Positions 40,720-51,903 of a stretch of 64,000 nt of DNA are shown in pieces. The stretch is from a virus (Duplodnaviria; Caudoviricetes), in the IMG/VR virus record IMGVR_UViG_3300022377_000098, positions 8,270 through 72,269 of that record. The stretch is one strand, 5' to 3'. Both the position numbers and the translations under genes were made by a program. Under the pieces are notes generated by a model. That model saw nothing but the letters and a program-made list of their open reading frames with translations. It was not told the origin of the DNA and searched no databases. How positions within the stretch are numbered: position 1 is the first letter of the stretch; every line of letters starts with the position of its first letter.

Positions 40720-43458
40720 TCACAGAGGAATTTGACTTCTATCTATCATCCGTATGCTGTAGGCAGTCAGATTCTTTACAAGGTTGCTCAACATGGACAG
40801 TGCATCCGGTGCATCATCATGCTTTGCTTTTCCGTTCGTGGTAAAACTGCACACGTTGCGCATGAAAGCCTTATATTCTCTGCTCTGCTTTGACGGTTGA
40901 AGGAAAACGAAGTGCTTTATGATGTAGTCCGACTCTGTAACAATACGTGTGATTTTATTGGTAGATGAAAAGAACGTCCTGACGGATGTATTGCCGTTGC
41001 CTTGTGAAATCATGTCACTAACGCTTTCGGCATAGTACCCGCCACCGTTGTTCACCTCAACATCAAGCCGTGATACTTTATTCCTGACGCATAGTTTTGC
41101 AACCATAGGCTTTGTGACATCTGGCAAACCGTTATTGAATACCAAATCGCGTATGTACACCGTATCGCCGTAAACATAGCCACAAATTGCTGCCACATAG
41201 TCTTTACCCTGATTTTTAGAGTCGCAGACCGCCACAATGGAATCAGGTTTTGCATCTGGCGGCAGTTTGCCATCAAAATAGTGGAAATCGTCCTCATGAT
41301 AAAGCACGCCCTCACGCTCTATTGGCCTTTGCTGATAGATTGCACCCCATGAGATATCGTCCATATTGTCACGGATATCCTCAAAATAGTCCCGTGAGAA
41401 TCCAACATCATAATCATAGTCAAAATTTGAACTTCCATCCTCATTTAGTGCAGGGATACGCACGAACTTGCTATATCCGTCACCCTCATACCTTGATTCA
41501 AGCCGCCCCAGCGGGTCATATACAGACCAACGAGTGCCAATAATCAACATCTTGCAGCCCATTTTCATACGGCTCATAAGGTCATTCGTGAACTTATACC
41601 ATAGCGTGTCCATGCGGTCACGGTTCATTGCTTCCTCAATACCGGAAACCATATCATCCGCATACAGCAAGCTTTCACAACGTGTGGCGCCGGTCAAGCC
41701 GCCATCAATAGAGCGGCAAGTAAGCGTTTTAAACCGGTGCTGATTCCGTAAGTCGAGCGTTTCCTCTTTTGAGTTTGTGTTTACCAGCTTTGAACCCGGA
41801 AAGATGTCTTTGTAAGTGTATTCATCATCTTTAATAAGCTGCAGCACGCCAGTGTAGAAAGAATTTGTCAGCTTGTCTGCATAAGCGGATGCCAAGCAAG
41901 GCATATCAGGATGTTTTCCAATCACCCATGCCATGAAAAATATACCTAGAGTGGTATTGTGCGTAATGATGTAATCATCCGTCACATAAAGCTGTGAGGG
42001 GTCGTCAACCATAATGCACTGGCACTCTTGTTTTCCAACATATTCCACCCTGTCAATGAATTTTTTGAATACTTTCCGCTTAGGAGAAAACTTATTTGCT
42101 TTTCGTGGCAAGTAAAACGGATGTGCAGAGCTGTTGAATTCAATGACAATTCTGTACACCAACTTGCCAAATACTTTTTCCCCTGCTTGATTTCTGTAAT
42201 AATTTCCGTGCTTTTCTTTTACGTTTGCTTTGCCACCTAAAGAACGCACCAATTCCAACATCCCATCTCTCAACATAGGAGAAACGGTTGTGTATTCTAT
42301 ATCATTTCCGTCTGTATAACCATCTGTATCAAGCAACCCGCGTAAAAGTTCCCACCGACTCTATGTATCCGCATATTGATAGTCTTGCGGGATAAACTTT
42401 GTTTCGCTGTTTTTGCCTATGAGTCCATAATGTAAAAGTGCTTGTTGCGTTTTGGACTTTATCATATATCCGTGGCTGTCACGAACAGTGTTATCCACTT
42501 TGCAAATATTGTATCCATATTTTGAAGTCCTTTTGTGTAGCGTATCCCCCTCTGGAAGAAGGCTCTTTAACCTTTCAACGAGTTCCGGGTCTGCGCTTGT
42601 AATATCAAGGTTTCCACTAGTAAGGCTTCCATCCCCAAGCAAAGCGCCAACAATATACGGATGAAGCATAAGATCTCTATGATGAAATTCAACAGGGCTT
42701 ACGTAATCAATGGAATAGTTATTACGTTTGCCATGTTCAACTCGCAAGTTTTCCATCATATCTTGAAGCTGAATATCTCTGTACTTATTCCCTCTAACCC
42801 TATCATCACGGGTCTGTACGTGCCAAATGTGTTCTTTGCAACATTCCGTGGATGTTCCATCGTTAAACACAACACGGTATACGTCTTTTACGCCTTGAGG
42901 AAATACGCCGATAACATTGCATTCGTTTCCAGAGCCGGATATAATTCTATCTCCGACTTCTACATTACCCATCTTTTTGAATCCGGTTGGTGTCAACACC
43001 TTGCAATACAAAGGCTGTGCTTTGCCAGCGCCCGGAGGAACTGAAAGCCCAAACCGCTTTAGTTTCCCATCTTCTAAGTTTTGCAAGTCTTGCACGATTG
43101 GCCGCAGCACACGCTCACGCGGCGGGTAGAATTTCTTGTCAGGTTCCCTGTTCCTCTCCATATAAATCAAGTAGGAGTGGAAGTCATACGGAGCTGCAAA
43201 AAGAAATGTCTACCAATATTTATCTGTGTAGTTCTGCATCTGCACCGGTTTTAGTCCCTTTGGATTGCTCAAAATGATGTTTAGCGCTTTTCGCAGCCCC
43301 TCATTCTCCAACAGTGCCGCAGGCATATTATTTTCTTTGTGATAAATTGACCGCAACGCTTCTCGCTTCAATGCCAATTCAGGCGCATCCATATCGTACA
43401 TATGATATTTGACGTCATGTACCAGTTGCTTCTTTGCCCTTGTATAATCTACTGCCAT
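40720..43458 (-). CDS. terL: terminase large subunit with intein; TAG at codons 83 and 366
   Basis: three ORF-track pieces in one frame joined by TAG; PPGAGK|intein|TT Walker A, YADD, KHDDAPDALS. Confidence 0.9.
41956..43020 (-). mobile_element. class 3-like intein with LAGLIDADG endonuclease (355 aa)
   Basis: starts AQPL, EHIW, ALLGDGS and GLLDTDG motifs, CIMV, ends ITHN before Thr. Confidence 0.88.
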
Positions 43459-43507
43459 AAAAAAAGAACGCCTCCATATTGGTAGGCGCTCTAGGCACTC
43501 TATTTTT

Positions 43508-43750
43508 CTATTTCTTTCTTCCAAGTGGTTCATCCAGTATATCAAATATTGAGCAGCCGAGTGCTTTTGCTACTTTCAGCAAGGATGATATTGACGGTTC
43601 ACACACGCCGCACTCAATTTTTGCAAACCATTGTCTTGTAACTCCGATTTTTTCAGCGGCTTCCCTGCCACTCATTCCAGCCTTTTCTCTAAGCTGTTTT
43701 ACTTTAAGCCCTATCGCTTTGGACAAGAATTCGCTCCCTGCTTGTTTCAT
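43508..43750 (-). CDS. XRE-family HTH (ends at TAG)
   Basis: MSGREAAEKIGVTRQWFAKIECG. Confidence 0.75.
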   Translation of the reverse strand: MKQAGSEFLSKAIGLKVKQLREKAGMSGREAAEKIGVTRQWFAKIECGVCEPSISSLLKVAKALGCSIFDILDEPLGRKK

Positions 43751-44031
43751 AGTTGCAACTCCATTCTTCTTGAATTATATCATGTTAATTTGGAGTTGTC
43801 AACTAATAAGTGTTGCTTATTTTATGAATTTGAAACGGTTATATGAATATATATGCATAAATTTATGAATAATTGTATTTTGCGTTTGTTTTTTGAGGGT
43901 GGTGAGGGACGTCCTCCCGCCGAAAGAATAGGCTTGAAATAGGGGTACGCCCTGCATCTGTCAGTTGAATGTGTGCGTGCGACTGCTCTGTACCGGGCAA
44001 AAAAATAATTGAAAAAATATGCAAAAATCTA

Positions 44032-44060
44032 TTGACAACCAATGAGTTGACGACTATAAT
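44032..44060 (+). promoter_or_regulatory. sigmaA promoter
   Basis: TTGACA-17-TATAAT. Confidence 0.75.
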
Positions 44061-44136
44061 AAATCATATAATCAAGACATACAAAAGCAGCTGCCCCGGA
44101 AGAACCGGAACGGCACAACTGAAAGGCGGTATTGAT

Positions 44137-44625
44137 ATGACATTGATTAACGCGTTGGAAGAGCTGAAAGCGAATGGTGTTACAAGGCTGGTTGGCATGG
44201 CAGGGATAACCGACATTGACACATACATTGAGCATGCCACAGAGAACCATAAGAACGCCGTAACGTACGCCGCCAAGGGTATACAGACTTGGCAGTACGA
44301 GCTTGACCATGAGGACGATAGCTACATAGTAGATATGGCAGACGGACATCACATCATTGCCACACACTACGGTACATTTGACATGGCAACATACAGCGAC
44401 TACGAAACCGAAGAAGAAATGAATACGGCATTTGACGCATGGGAAATCGCGCAGCAGGCCGCAGAAATTGCAGATGAGAAAGTAAAGCAAGGCAGTTCGC
44501 TCCCCCGTGAAGCATGGATACTCGTTGCCACTGCCGAACTCACTGCGGTAAGAAATGCCGCTGCAGCAGAGTTTGAACGCACATACTGCAAAAAGCAGCT
44601 GCAAAGCGTGCAACGTGCGCAATAA
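44137..44625 (+). CDS. hypothetical protein
   Basis: downstream of strong promoter with RBS. Confidence 0.6.
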   Translation: MTLINALEELKANGVTRLVGMAGITDIDTYIEHATENHKNAVTYAAKGIQTWQYELDHEDDSYIVDMADGHHIIATHYGTFDMATYSDYETEEEMNTAFDAWEIAQQAAEIADEKVKQGSSLPREAWILVATAELTAVRNAAAAEFERTYCKKQLQSVQRAQ

Positions 44626-44659
44626 TGCAATGGCGCGGTAGCCCAGTGGAGGCGATGCA

Positions 44660-45121
44660 ATGGGCGGCGTATTGCTATTAGTAATAGCACGGATGCTGCT
44701 GGGACTGATTGACAGCATCCAGCAGGAGCACAAGCAGCGCAAACAAAAGCGCGGGGAAAAGAGACAGCATAAGGAGAACGGAACTCAACAATTAGGGCTG
44801 TGCAGCACAATGTACCGTGATATTGCAAATGATGCAGTAGACACAATGCAAGCGCTAATACAGTCACAACGACAGCCGGACGACAAACCGGCAGGAGGTA
44901 ACACAATGAGGACAGCTATCGCAACGATTGACACAGATGCAGGCACAATGACTATCTACTATAACGGCAAGGGCGAGGCACTCACAGCGGAGACAGCAGA
45001 CGGCAACACAGTAGATGAGTGTGAGTACACAGCACAGAGCTTGCAGGATGCGCGTGACGCGGCACGCATGATGTGGGGATATGATGGCGGCAATGTATGG
45101 GGGTATCAGGAGATTGCATAA
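44660..45121 (+). CDS. hypothetical protein (internal RBS and ATG at 44906)
   Basis: N-half homologous to 8293-8511. Confidence 0.45.
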   Translation: MGGVLLLVIARMLLGLIDSIQQEHKQRKQKRGEKRQHKENGTQQLGLCSTMYRDIANDAVDTMQALIQSQRQPDDKPAGGNTMRTAIATIDTDAGTMTIYYNGKGEALTAETADGNTVDECEYTAQSLQDARDAARMMWGYDGGNVWGYQEIA

Positions 45122-45217
45122 GCACAACGTTCCAGCGGGTTACCAGTGTAGCCCGCTTCCATTGCCCCTATTTCAATTCACGCTCCCGCACAGGGAGCGA
45201 CACAAAAAAATAAACGC

Positions 45218-45454
45218 ATGAAGCACAAACAGGAGGAAAAACAAATGGAGCGTTACAACATAACAGCGGTCAAGGATAATGACATAATCTATTTGTCGGT
45301 CATGGCTGATTGCCATGAGCAACACATCTGGAGCGAGGACATCTTGGTAGGAGTATCTAAGCGGGGTGCAAAAAAGCTTGACGCCTTAGCCGAGGCCGGA
45401 TACTCAATGATAGATGATACTCCATACCGTCCTAAGGTTGTTGGTTGGAGGTAG
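45218..45454 (+). CDS. hypothetical protein (TAG stop followed by terminator)
   Basis: hairpin CACCCCCTGTGGGTG plus T-run right after the TAG. Confidence 0.55.
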   Translation: MKHKQEEKQMERYNITAVKDNDIIYLSVMADCHEQHIWSEDILVGVSKRGAKKLDALAEAGYSMIDDTPYRPKVVGWR

Positions 45455-46227
45455 GATAAACACCCCCTGTGGGTGCTTTTTTATGCCCAAATGTTGGTGT
45501 ATGAGGACGGCGCAAAATTGCGCAGTCATACATTTAGCAGCCGCTGCAGGCTGCTTTTTTATTGCCTAACCGTCTGCCCGTGTTTTGCTATGCTTTAATA
45601 CAATGCCCTGCAATCGATTCTAAGCCGCTTTTATTTGAGTGCGTAAAGTTAATTATGAGCGTCAAAACGTTGCACAGCGGCTTTGCAAGCCTGCTTTATT
45701 CGTGCCGTGTAGCGTTGTCCACATCTCATTCAGCCGAATGCAACTTCATTTTGTCTGTAAACTTTCTCTTATAATTCAAATTCTCATTCCAATTTTCAAA
45801 AATTTTTCGCTGAATTTTTTCTTTCACAGCGGTTCCTCTTACTGCGATTTGCTCTTACTGCAAAAAGCATGCTTACTTTCTCCTGCATATTCATTCGTAC
45901 TGGAAAGCACACTTATTTCTCAATGCATACAGGCTTACTGCCTGAAAAGTCTTGAAAGTGGCTTATTTACTGGGCTTTTCTAATTATACAAAATGAGCAT
46001 TTTGGATAATATGCAGATTATATACAGAAAAAGCCGCCCAAACAGGCGGTTTTATTCATTTATGCAGTTTTTCCTAGCAAGTTAAGGATTCAGCAACTTA
46101 CTGCATCCAAAAAATCTATGCAGCGGTATACATTTTCCCCTCCTCATGCTCTTTCCCTTTACAATGTTGCGCGTACGCATATATTACTATATATAATATA
46201 TATACAGTAATAGTGCAAGTTCTTGCA

Positions 46228-47109
46228 TTACTTCGGCAGGTTACCGGCAGCAGCTAATATCTCACCATCATCCATATCCATGTTTGTTCGCGGCGCTTCC
46301 AGTGCAACTTCCTGCCTATCAGTGTAATGCATGGTCGCTCCACACTTGTTTTTCAGCATGAAAATTGGCAATGCTGGGTTCCTCATGTTATAACCTTTTG
46401 AAAGGGTCGCTTGCTCAAGCAATCCCATAGTTGGTGCCATTACATCTTGGTAAGTCAGCGTGCTATAGCTTTCCTTTATAATACCTTTATCTATAGCTAA
46501 CGAGACTTTCATAGAACTTCCAGCGATTATGCTTTCTTGCTTTCCATTTTCCTCTGTGTTCGTTTTTTCTTCATTTCCGGTTAGTTTACCGCTATCACTT
46601 TTTTCTTCGCTTACAGACGGTTCTAGCACGTCCTTCTTACTTACTGGCAAATCATCAACAATGTAATGCGTTTCTGCAAACCTATCCACTTTATCCTGAC
46701 TAACAGAAGAAAACACATATTCCCCTGTTTCTGCATCTGTCAGAGTGATTACTTCAAATGTTTCCGTATTCCTTGCATAAGACAATAAATCATTCTTTGA
46801 TATGTTCAGATACAAAGCCAAAGAAACGAAAGACGGTACAATGTTTTTTTCTATCGTCCATTGTTCAAATCCCTGTATAGATGCAGCCATCTGTACTGGG
46901 TTCTCGAATGTCTTTCTCCCCATTCCTCTGGCTACACTCATAATCATTTTGTCCGTTCCTAAATTTAGTGGAGCATTTTCTCCTCTTTGTGCTATACAAG
47001 TTGCATTAACCTTTGACTCGTTATCTGCATGTCCTTTTCTTACTATGTACCGGTCTGTATCATCTTCCGGCTTTTCACTTGGTAACTGTCTTGTACTGAC
47101 AATGTCCAT
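46228..47109 (-). CDS. terminase small subunit (gp3 DNA-packaging-like)
   Basis: PSFVSLALYLNISK and IFMLKN..YTDRQEV match this family pattern. Confidence 0.65.
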   Translation of the reverse strand: MDIVSTRQLPSEKPEDDTDRYIVRKGHADNESKVNATCIAQRGENAPLNLGTDKMIMSVARGMGRKTFENPVQMAASIQGFEQWTIEKNIVPSFVSLALYLNISKNDLLSYARNTETFEVITLTDAETGEYVFSSVSQDKVDRFAETHYIVDDLPVSKKDVLEPSVSEEKSDSGKLTGNEEKTNTEENGKQESIIAGSSMKVSLAIDKGIIKESYSTLTYQDVMAPTMGLLEQATLSKGYNMRNPALPIFMLKNKCGATMHYTDRQEVALEAPRTNMDMDDGEILAAAGNLPK

Positions 47110-47115
47110 GCTTTA

Positions 47116-47886
47116 TTATTCCTCCATTTCAGTTCTAACATCTTCGTCTGCTCTTTTTACTCTGTTCTTCAATATCCCTGTAACTGCAAATAGAAATATT
47201 CCTCCGTCCCCATGGTCTTGACTCAAAAAGAATTCTTTTGCTGCCGCTTCCAAGTCACTTTCATCAAGTCCTAGTTCTTTCATGCTCTTTTCAATTTTCA
47301 GCATTGCTGCTCTACCTGATGCTGGGTTAAGTACCATTTTGCTTCCGGTATGTTCTTTGTATAGCTTTGGATACGTTGACTTTACGAATTTTACTACTTC
47401 ATTTGAAATCCCATTGAAAATTTCATCGTCACTGGAGCTACATTTATTAGCTCCGGTGCATTGTAAGTTTTTTAATTCATAAGTACAGTTATTAGTAACT
47501 AGTGCTTCATTTTCCGTTTTCGCATTTTCCGTTTTCGCGTTTTGCATAAACGGAGAATGTGGTTTCGGAATTTCATCGTTTTCTTTGCTATAAGCGTGGT
47601 CGTAAACATCATACTCATATCCTGCGAACTTGCTTCCATCTCGCATTTTTCTGCGGACTATGTAGCCTTTCTCAATGAGTTCCTTGATTCCTGAACTGAT
47701 TGACCGGTTACCGTCTGAAAATTCGGAAGCAATCGCTGACTCGTAAAACTTCCAGTCATCTGGCTTTGCTAGCATTTGAAGCAATATGCCTTTTGCCTTT
47801 GCCGATAGTGACTTGTCCTCAATGAATGTTTCTTTCAACTGAATGTGCAAATAATTCATTGCGCTATTCTTGCTGTGATGAATCAA
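47116..47886 (-). CDS. HTH replication-initiator-like protein
   Basis: DKSLSAKAKGILL..KPDDWKFY; internal 15-bp repeat (NAKTENAKTEN). Confidence 0.7.
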   Translation of the reverse strand: MIHHSKNSAMNYLHIQLKETFIEDKSLSAKAKGILLQMLAKPDDWKFYESAIASEFSDGNRSISSGIKELIEKGYIVRRKMRDGSKFAGYEYDVYDHAYSKENDEIPKPHSPFMQNAKTENAKTENEALVTNNCTYELKNLQCTGANKCSSSDDEIFNGISNEVVKFVKSTYPKLYKEHTGSKMVLNPASGRAAMLKIEKSMKELGLDESDLEAAAKEFFLSQDHGDGGIFLFAVTGILKNRVKRADEDVRTEMEE

Positions 47887-48554
47887 TCTGCTTTTCCTCC
47901 GCTGACTACGTGAATACGAACAAATGCAGAATTTAGAAAATACCATATTTCCTTATGCTGCTGGCTGTTAAGCAACAGAAAAGTTTCTGCTCCTGCTTTA
48001 ATGCTATCAATAGTGGCAAGGCCACATTCAATCAGCCCCGATATAAGTGTAATACACGTATCGTCATTCTCTCTGGAATATTCGGTTCCGGTCACTTTTG
48101 TGTACGCGTCCGGATATGTATGGTACACAAATTCTTTTATTTCAAGCTTCACCTGTGGGTTAACTTTTCCCATACCGTTGTTCCTTTTGGCCTGCTGGTT
48201 GAAACCGTAAATTGTGTTGTTCAATGTGTTTCATCGCCTTTTAAGTGATTAACTTTGCGGGATTCGCTAACCAGATACTTCCCATACTTCTTTTGCAAAT
48301 GCTGCATTTGCTCTTTTGTGACGACTGGAATGTTTTCAGCTTGTTCCTCTGGAACTATGAAAACATGATTCTGCGCAAGCTGTTCCATATCCAATTCGCC
48401 ACAAGGAACTCCATTAATCATTGGCTCATGCTTTCCCTCAATCCATTCAATTCCCATTTCGTCACAAAGCTGTTTCATCAATTTTTCTTCGCGCAAAATC
48501 ATTTCTCCTTCCCCCCTGATTGCTTCCTGTATTTGATGTTCTTAACGCTCGTTG

Positions 48555-48878
48555 TCATCCTTCCTTTCTCAACTCAAACAATCTGTCAAAGTTTTCTCCG
48601 GGTGCGAACATAGCAAATGTTCCACCATCTCTTACTGTCAAATGCTTCAGCACTCCTGCATCAACCAATCTCTTTATTGGGAACTTTTGGAGTGATTGCT
48701 TTTTCATTCGCAGAGTCGGTAAATCGTCAAGAATTTTCTGGTACTGAATACTTTTATAATCAGTACCATGTGTATTAAAATACTGTCTGAACCATGTTGC
48801 AACTGCTAAATCATTCATGGATAGATTCAATTCAAAAGCTGTCTGTTGGTTCACGTTTATTCTTACTCTTTTTCGCAT
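48555..48878 (-). CDS. hypothetical wHTH-like protein
   Basis: coupled ORF in operon. Confidence 0.45.
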   Translation of the reverse strand: MRKRVRINVNQQTAFELNLSMNDLAVATWFRQYFNTHGTDYKSIQYQKILDDLPTLRMKKQSLQKFPIKRLVDAGVLKHLTVRDGGTFAMFAPGENFDRLFELRKEG

Positions 48879-49204
48879 TGTTCACCGTCCATTTTTGCAC
48901 CGCACTGCGGGCAGTAATGCGAACCTGCAAACGCCAACGGATTTATTTTTGTGTTTGCTGGCAAGTTGTTATTCCTCGTGTGGCAGTTTGAACAAAGATA
49001 AGCACCGAGTCCCCAATCAATTCCGTCTTTGTCGTACTCCCAGTGTGCGTGTACTACTGGCGCATATTCACTGGATGCAATCTTTCTAAGACAATTGATT
49101 GCTGTATTAATGGCATCACAATAATTAACGTTGTTCCTGATATCATCCAAGCATAGCATGTAATTCAGCAGTTTAATTGCTTCTTTCGGTGTAAGGTCAA
49201 GCAT
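48863..49204 (-). CDS. Zn-ribbon phage protein
   Basis: HAHWE, CSNC, YCPQCGAKMD. Confidence 0.65.
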   Translation of the reverse strand: MLDLTPKEAIKLLNYMLCLDDIRNNVNYCDAINTAINCLRKIASSEYAPVVHAHWEYDKDGIDWGLGAYLCSNCHTRNNNLPANTKINPLAFAGSHYCPQCGAKMDGEQCEKE

Positions 49205-49469
49205 TATTATCCTCCATTTCTGCCCTCAAAGTATTCCAGCCGTCAGGGTCATTTGCAAAAATTTCTCCGAAATCCGTTTCGTCGCCATATTCAAAATAGC
49301 GGTGCATATATTCTTGACATGTTTTGCACCAATAGCACCCATCTACGGAACCATCCTCCGCATATGCAGCACTAACCATTTTCGATCCGGCAGGATATGC
49401 CTTTCCACATCCGAAACAACGGTGTGGCTTTCGTGTAGTTCGTTCCTCCCAATGAAGAATTTCGCTCAT
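49197..49469 (-). CDS. Cys-rich hypothetical protein
   Basis: KPHRCFGC...WCKTC. Confidence 0.55.
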   Translation of the reverse strand: MSEILHWEERTTRKPHRCFGCGKAYPAGSKMVSAAYAEDGSVDGCYWCKTCQEYMHRYFEYGDETDFGEIFANDPDGWNTLRAEMEDNNA

Positions 49470-49647
49470 TTCTTTTCCTCCTTTACTTCAATAAGTTGGA
49501 ATGTAATAAGCTCTAAATTTTCTTTTCTGCGTGACCTTATAATAGCCTTTTCACAAGTTCCTCTTTTTTCCCAAAACTTATGACGAGGATTAGTAATATT
49601 GCTTACAAGTTTCCCTGTAATTTTGTCACGGGCACCATAAAGATACA

Positions 49648-50187
49648 TCACGTTTTATTCGCTTCCTCCTGCTCCTGTGCCTGCTGAATGTAATGATTCA
49701 CAAATTCTGAAACTGGGCTGTCTTCCACATGCGGAAATATTCCCATCTCCTGCAATTTGTGCATAGCATCAATAATTGATTGTGATTCCAATTCCAATGC
49801 CTTTTTCAGCGTGGCAATCTTATCATCTTTAGCAGACTTTTCAAGAATCAATTTCACAATCTTGTCTTTGTCTGCTGGGTCGTACCCATTCTGAATAACG
49901 GACTCTTGGATCATGGAATTTGCTCTCCAACCTTGATTCTCCTTTTGCAGCCGTTCCACCTCGGCAAGCAGTTCAGGAACATCGGTACGAGAATGGGCGA
50001 TAAATTCAGCATCTTCATGTTTGAGCCAACATTCACGACCTTTTACGTGTGATACAATCGGAGTATAACGAGCGCCACGTGCATTTTCATGTGAATTTAC
50101 AATTTCATCTTCAAATGCAATCCATTCTCCTGCTGTTGCTTTTTCGCACCGTGCCTTGATTTCTTCCAGATATTTAGCGTCCATCAT
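49648..50187 (-). CDS. Ead/Ea22-like hypothetical protein
   Basis: LEEIKARCEKATAGEW, DAEFIAHSRTDVPELLAEV. Confidence 0.6.
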   Translation of the reverse strand: MMDAKYLEEIKARCEKATAGEWIAFEDEIVNSHENARGARYTPIVSHVKGRECWLKHEDAEFIAHSRTDVPELLAEVERLQKENQGWRANSMIQESVIQNGYDPADKDKIVKLILEKSAKDDKIATLKKALELESQSIIDAMHKLQEMGIFPHVEDSPVSEFVNHYIQQAQEQEEANKT

Positions 50188-50591
50188 TGTCCCTCCTTTC
50201 TATAATTATCAATCGCTTTCTGTGCTGCTTCCTCAAAGTTTGGGAAAGGCTTTGAAAGCTGCACCAGCAAAATGATTTTATCTCCTGTGTCCGGCACAAT
50301 TTGAACCAGTTTCATCTTTACTGTGCTTGCCAATGTTGCGACTATGCTTTCATCTGCGCAATTTGCCATCACCAGATAAATATGCATCCGGTTTTTACGC
50401 ATAAAAGAAACCGATGTTTCGTTGAAAGCATTTTTATCCATCACAGCCAAATATTGTCCGTTCCCTTTTGGACTCTTGGCCATTTTCACGTCGAAAAGGA
50501 TTACTGGATTTCCGAACTTTTTGAACCTTTTCTTCTTGCAAAACTCATAAGAAATATCCGTGTAATCATCCCCATAATTATTTTTCTACAT
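50184..50591 (-). CDS. hypothetical protein; ATG TAG AAA start (TAG at codon 2)
   Basis: in frame with ORF-track 50184-50489, directly after promoter copy 3. Confidence 0.6.
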
Positions 50592-50595
50592 ATAT

Positions 50596-50633
50596 ATTGT
50601 ATATAATTTGAACGGATTTCGTCACTGAAAACC
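50596..50633 (-). promoter_or_regulatory. conserved phage promoter motif, copy 3
   Basis: GGTTTTCAGTGACGAAAT-14-TACAAT. Confidence 0.65.
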
Positions 50634-50981
50634 CATGAACAGGATGTGAAGTGGTAAAGAAAAGGCACCCATTTCTGAGTGCTAATTCATTACCACAAAT
50701 ACCATTCGTAATCAACATACTTCTGATATCCGCCGTAATTCGGAATATTTGAAGTGTGCCTGATTTTTCTGTTAGTTGTGTTTTTCGCAAGTGACCTGCA
50801 TCCACTAATGTACATTTGCTTCAAACGGTTGTCACTGCTATAGATGTAATAGCAGCCCTGTGCCTTTAGCTTTTCAATTCTATGCTTGTCCTCAACCGTT
50901 CTTGCATGTCCGTTGCCCTTCTTCCAGTGAACCATATGTGCCTCCTTTACGGCGGATGAATGTGTATGTACCGGCTCTTAC

Positions 50982-51329
50982 TCACAGCTTCTTGCCGCCA
51001 TGACGATACGGTCTTGACTTGTTGTAAATATCTTTCTGTTTGACGATTGATTCCATGTCAATGCCGTTTTGCCCTGCCCAGTCCAAAATGCGGATAAGGC
51101 AATCAGCCATTTCCACGGCGACTCCATCCGGTTTGCCTGAATTGTGTCCTGTACCATCTTGAATCCAATAATAATTTGGCTGTCCCTCTCTGTACGCCTG
51201 CAACGCTTCTGAAAGTTCGCTGTGACAGAGTGCCACAACTTCACCGAATGACGGTTCCTTGTCCGGCTCGTGCCATCCGTGCTCGGTTGCTGTTTTGTTT
51301 ACTTCTTTAGACCATTCTGTAAGATTCAT
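50982..51329 (-). CDS. MazG-like (dUTPase/NTP-PPase fold) protein
   Basis: ALCHSELSEALQ, EMADCLIRILD, NKSRPYRHGGK. Confidence 0.72.
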   Translation of the reverse strand: MNLTEWSKEVNKTATEHGWHEPDKEPSFGEVVALCHSELSEALQAYREGQPNYYWIQDGTGHNSGKPDGVAVEMADCLIRILDWAGQNGIDMESIVKQKDIYNKSRPYRHGGKKL

Positions 51330-51393
51330 GTATTATTTTCCTCCATATATTTTGGCCTGTACCACCACACCCACCCAGCCAAACTATTCTACT

Positions 51394-51831
51394 TTAGAAA
51401 GGCAAATCCGAGTCATCCGGCAGACTTTCAAAGTCGCCCGAATTGTTGCCTTTACTGCGCTCTGACTTTGGCTGTGTAGCTGCCTTTTGCGGAGCGGGTG
51501 AACTGTTACCACCATTGCCTTTAGAGCCACAGAATGACACGTTATCCGCGACAACTTCTGTTTTTTTACGCTTGTTTCCATCCTTGTCGGTGTATGTATC
51601 TGTGTGCAAATGCCCCTGAATTGCAATCATGGAGCCTTTGTCAAAGTACCGACTGATAAATTCCGCTGTCTGCCGCCATGCTGTGCAGTCGATAAAGTCT
51701 GCTAGTGAATCTTTCTTCATACCGTCAACGGCCAGTGAGAAACTGCACACTGCAATGTCGCTCTGCGTGTGACGAAGTTCCGGGTCTGCTGTAAGTCTGC
51801 CGGTCAATGCTACAACGTTCAAATTACTCAT
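51394..51831 (-). CDS. ssb: single-stranded DNA-binding protein
   Basis: LTGRLTADPELR, ADFIDCTAWRQTAE, acidic DLPF tail. Confidence 0.93.
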   Translation of the reverse strand: MSNLNVVALTGRLTADPELRHTQSDIAVCSFSLAVDGMKKDSLADFIDCTAWRQTAEFISRYFDKGSMIAIQGHLHTDTYTDKDGNKRKKTEVVADNVSFCGSKGNGGNSSPAPQKAATQPKSERSKGNNSGDFESLPDDSDLPF

Positions 51832-51903
51832 TATTATTTATTACCCCCAAAATGTTTTAGTACACATTCATGTGCGCTGTGTGTTAGGTAATGCGCGCAT
51901 GAG

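Noticed and set aside
43508-43510. Counting terminal TAGs (43508, 51904, 17247, 45452) as sense codons
   Set aside because: Readthrough gives short or overlapping tails with no supporting motif. They are ambiguous, so excluded from the 18-codon tally.
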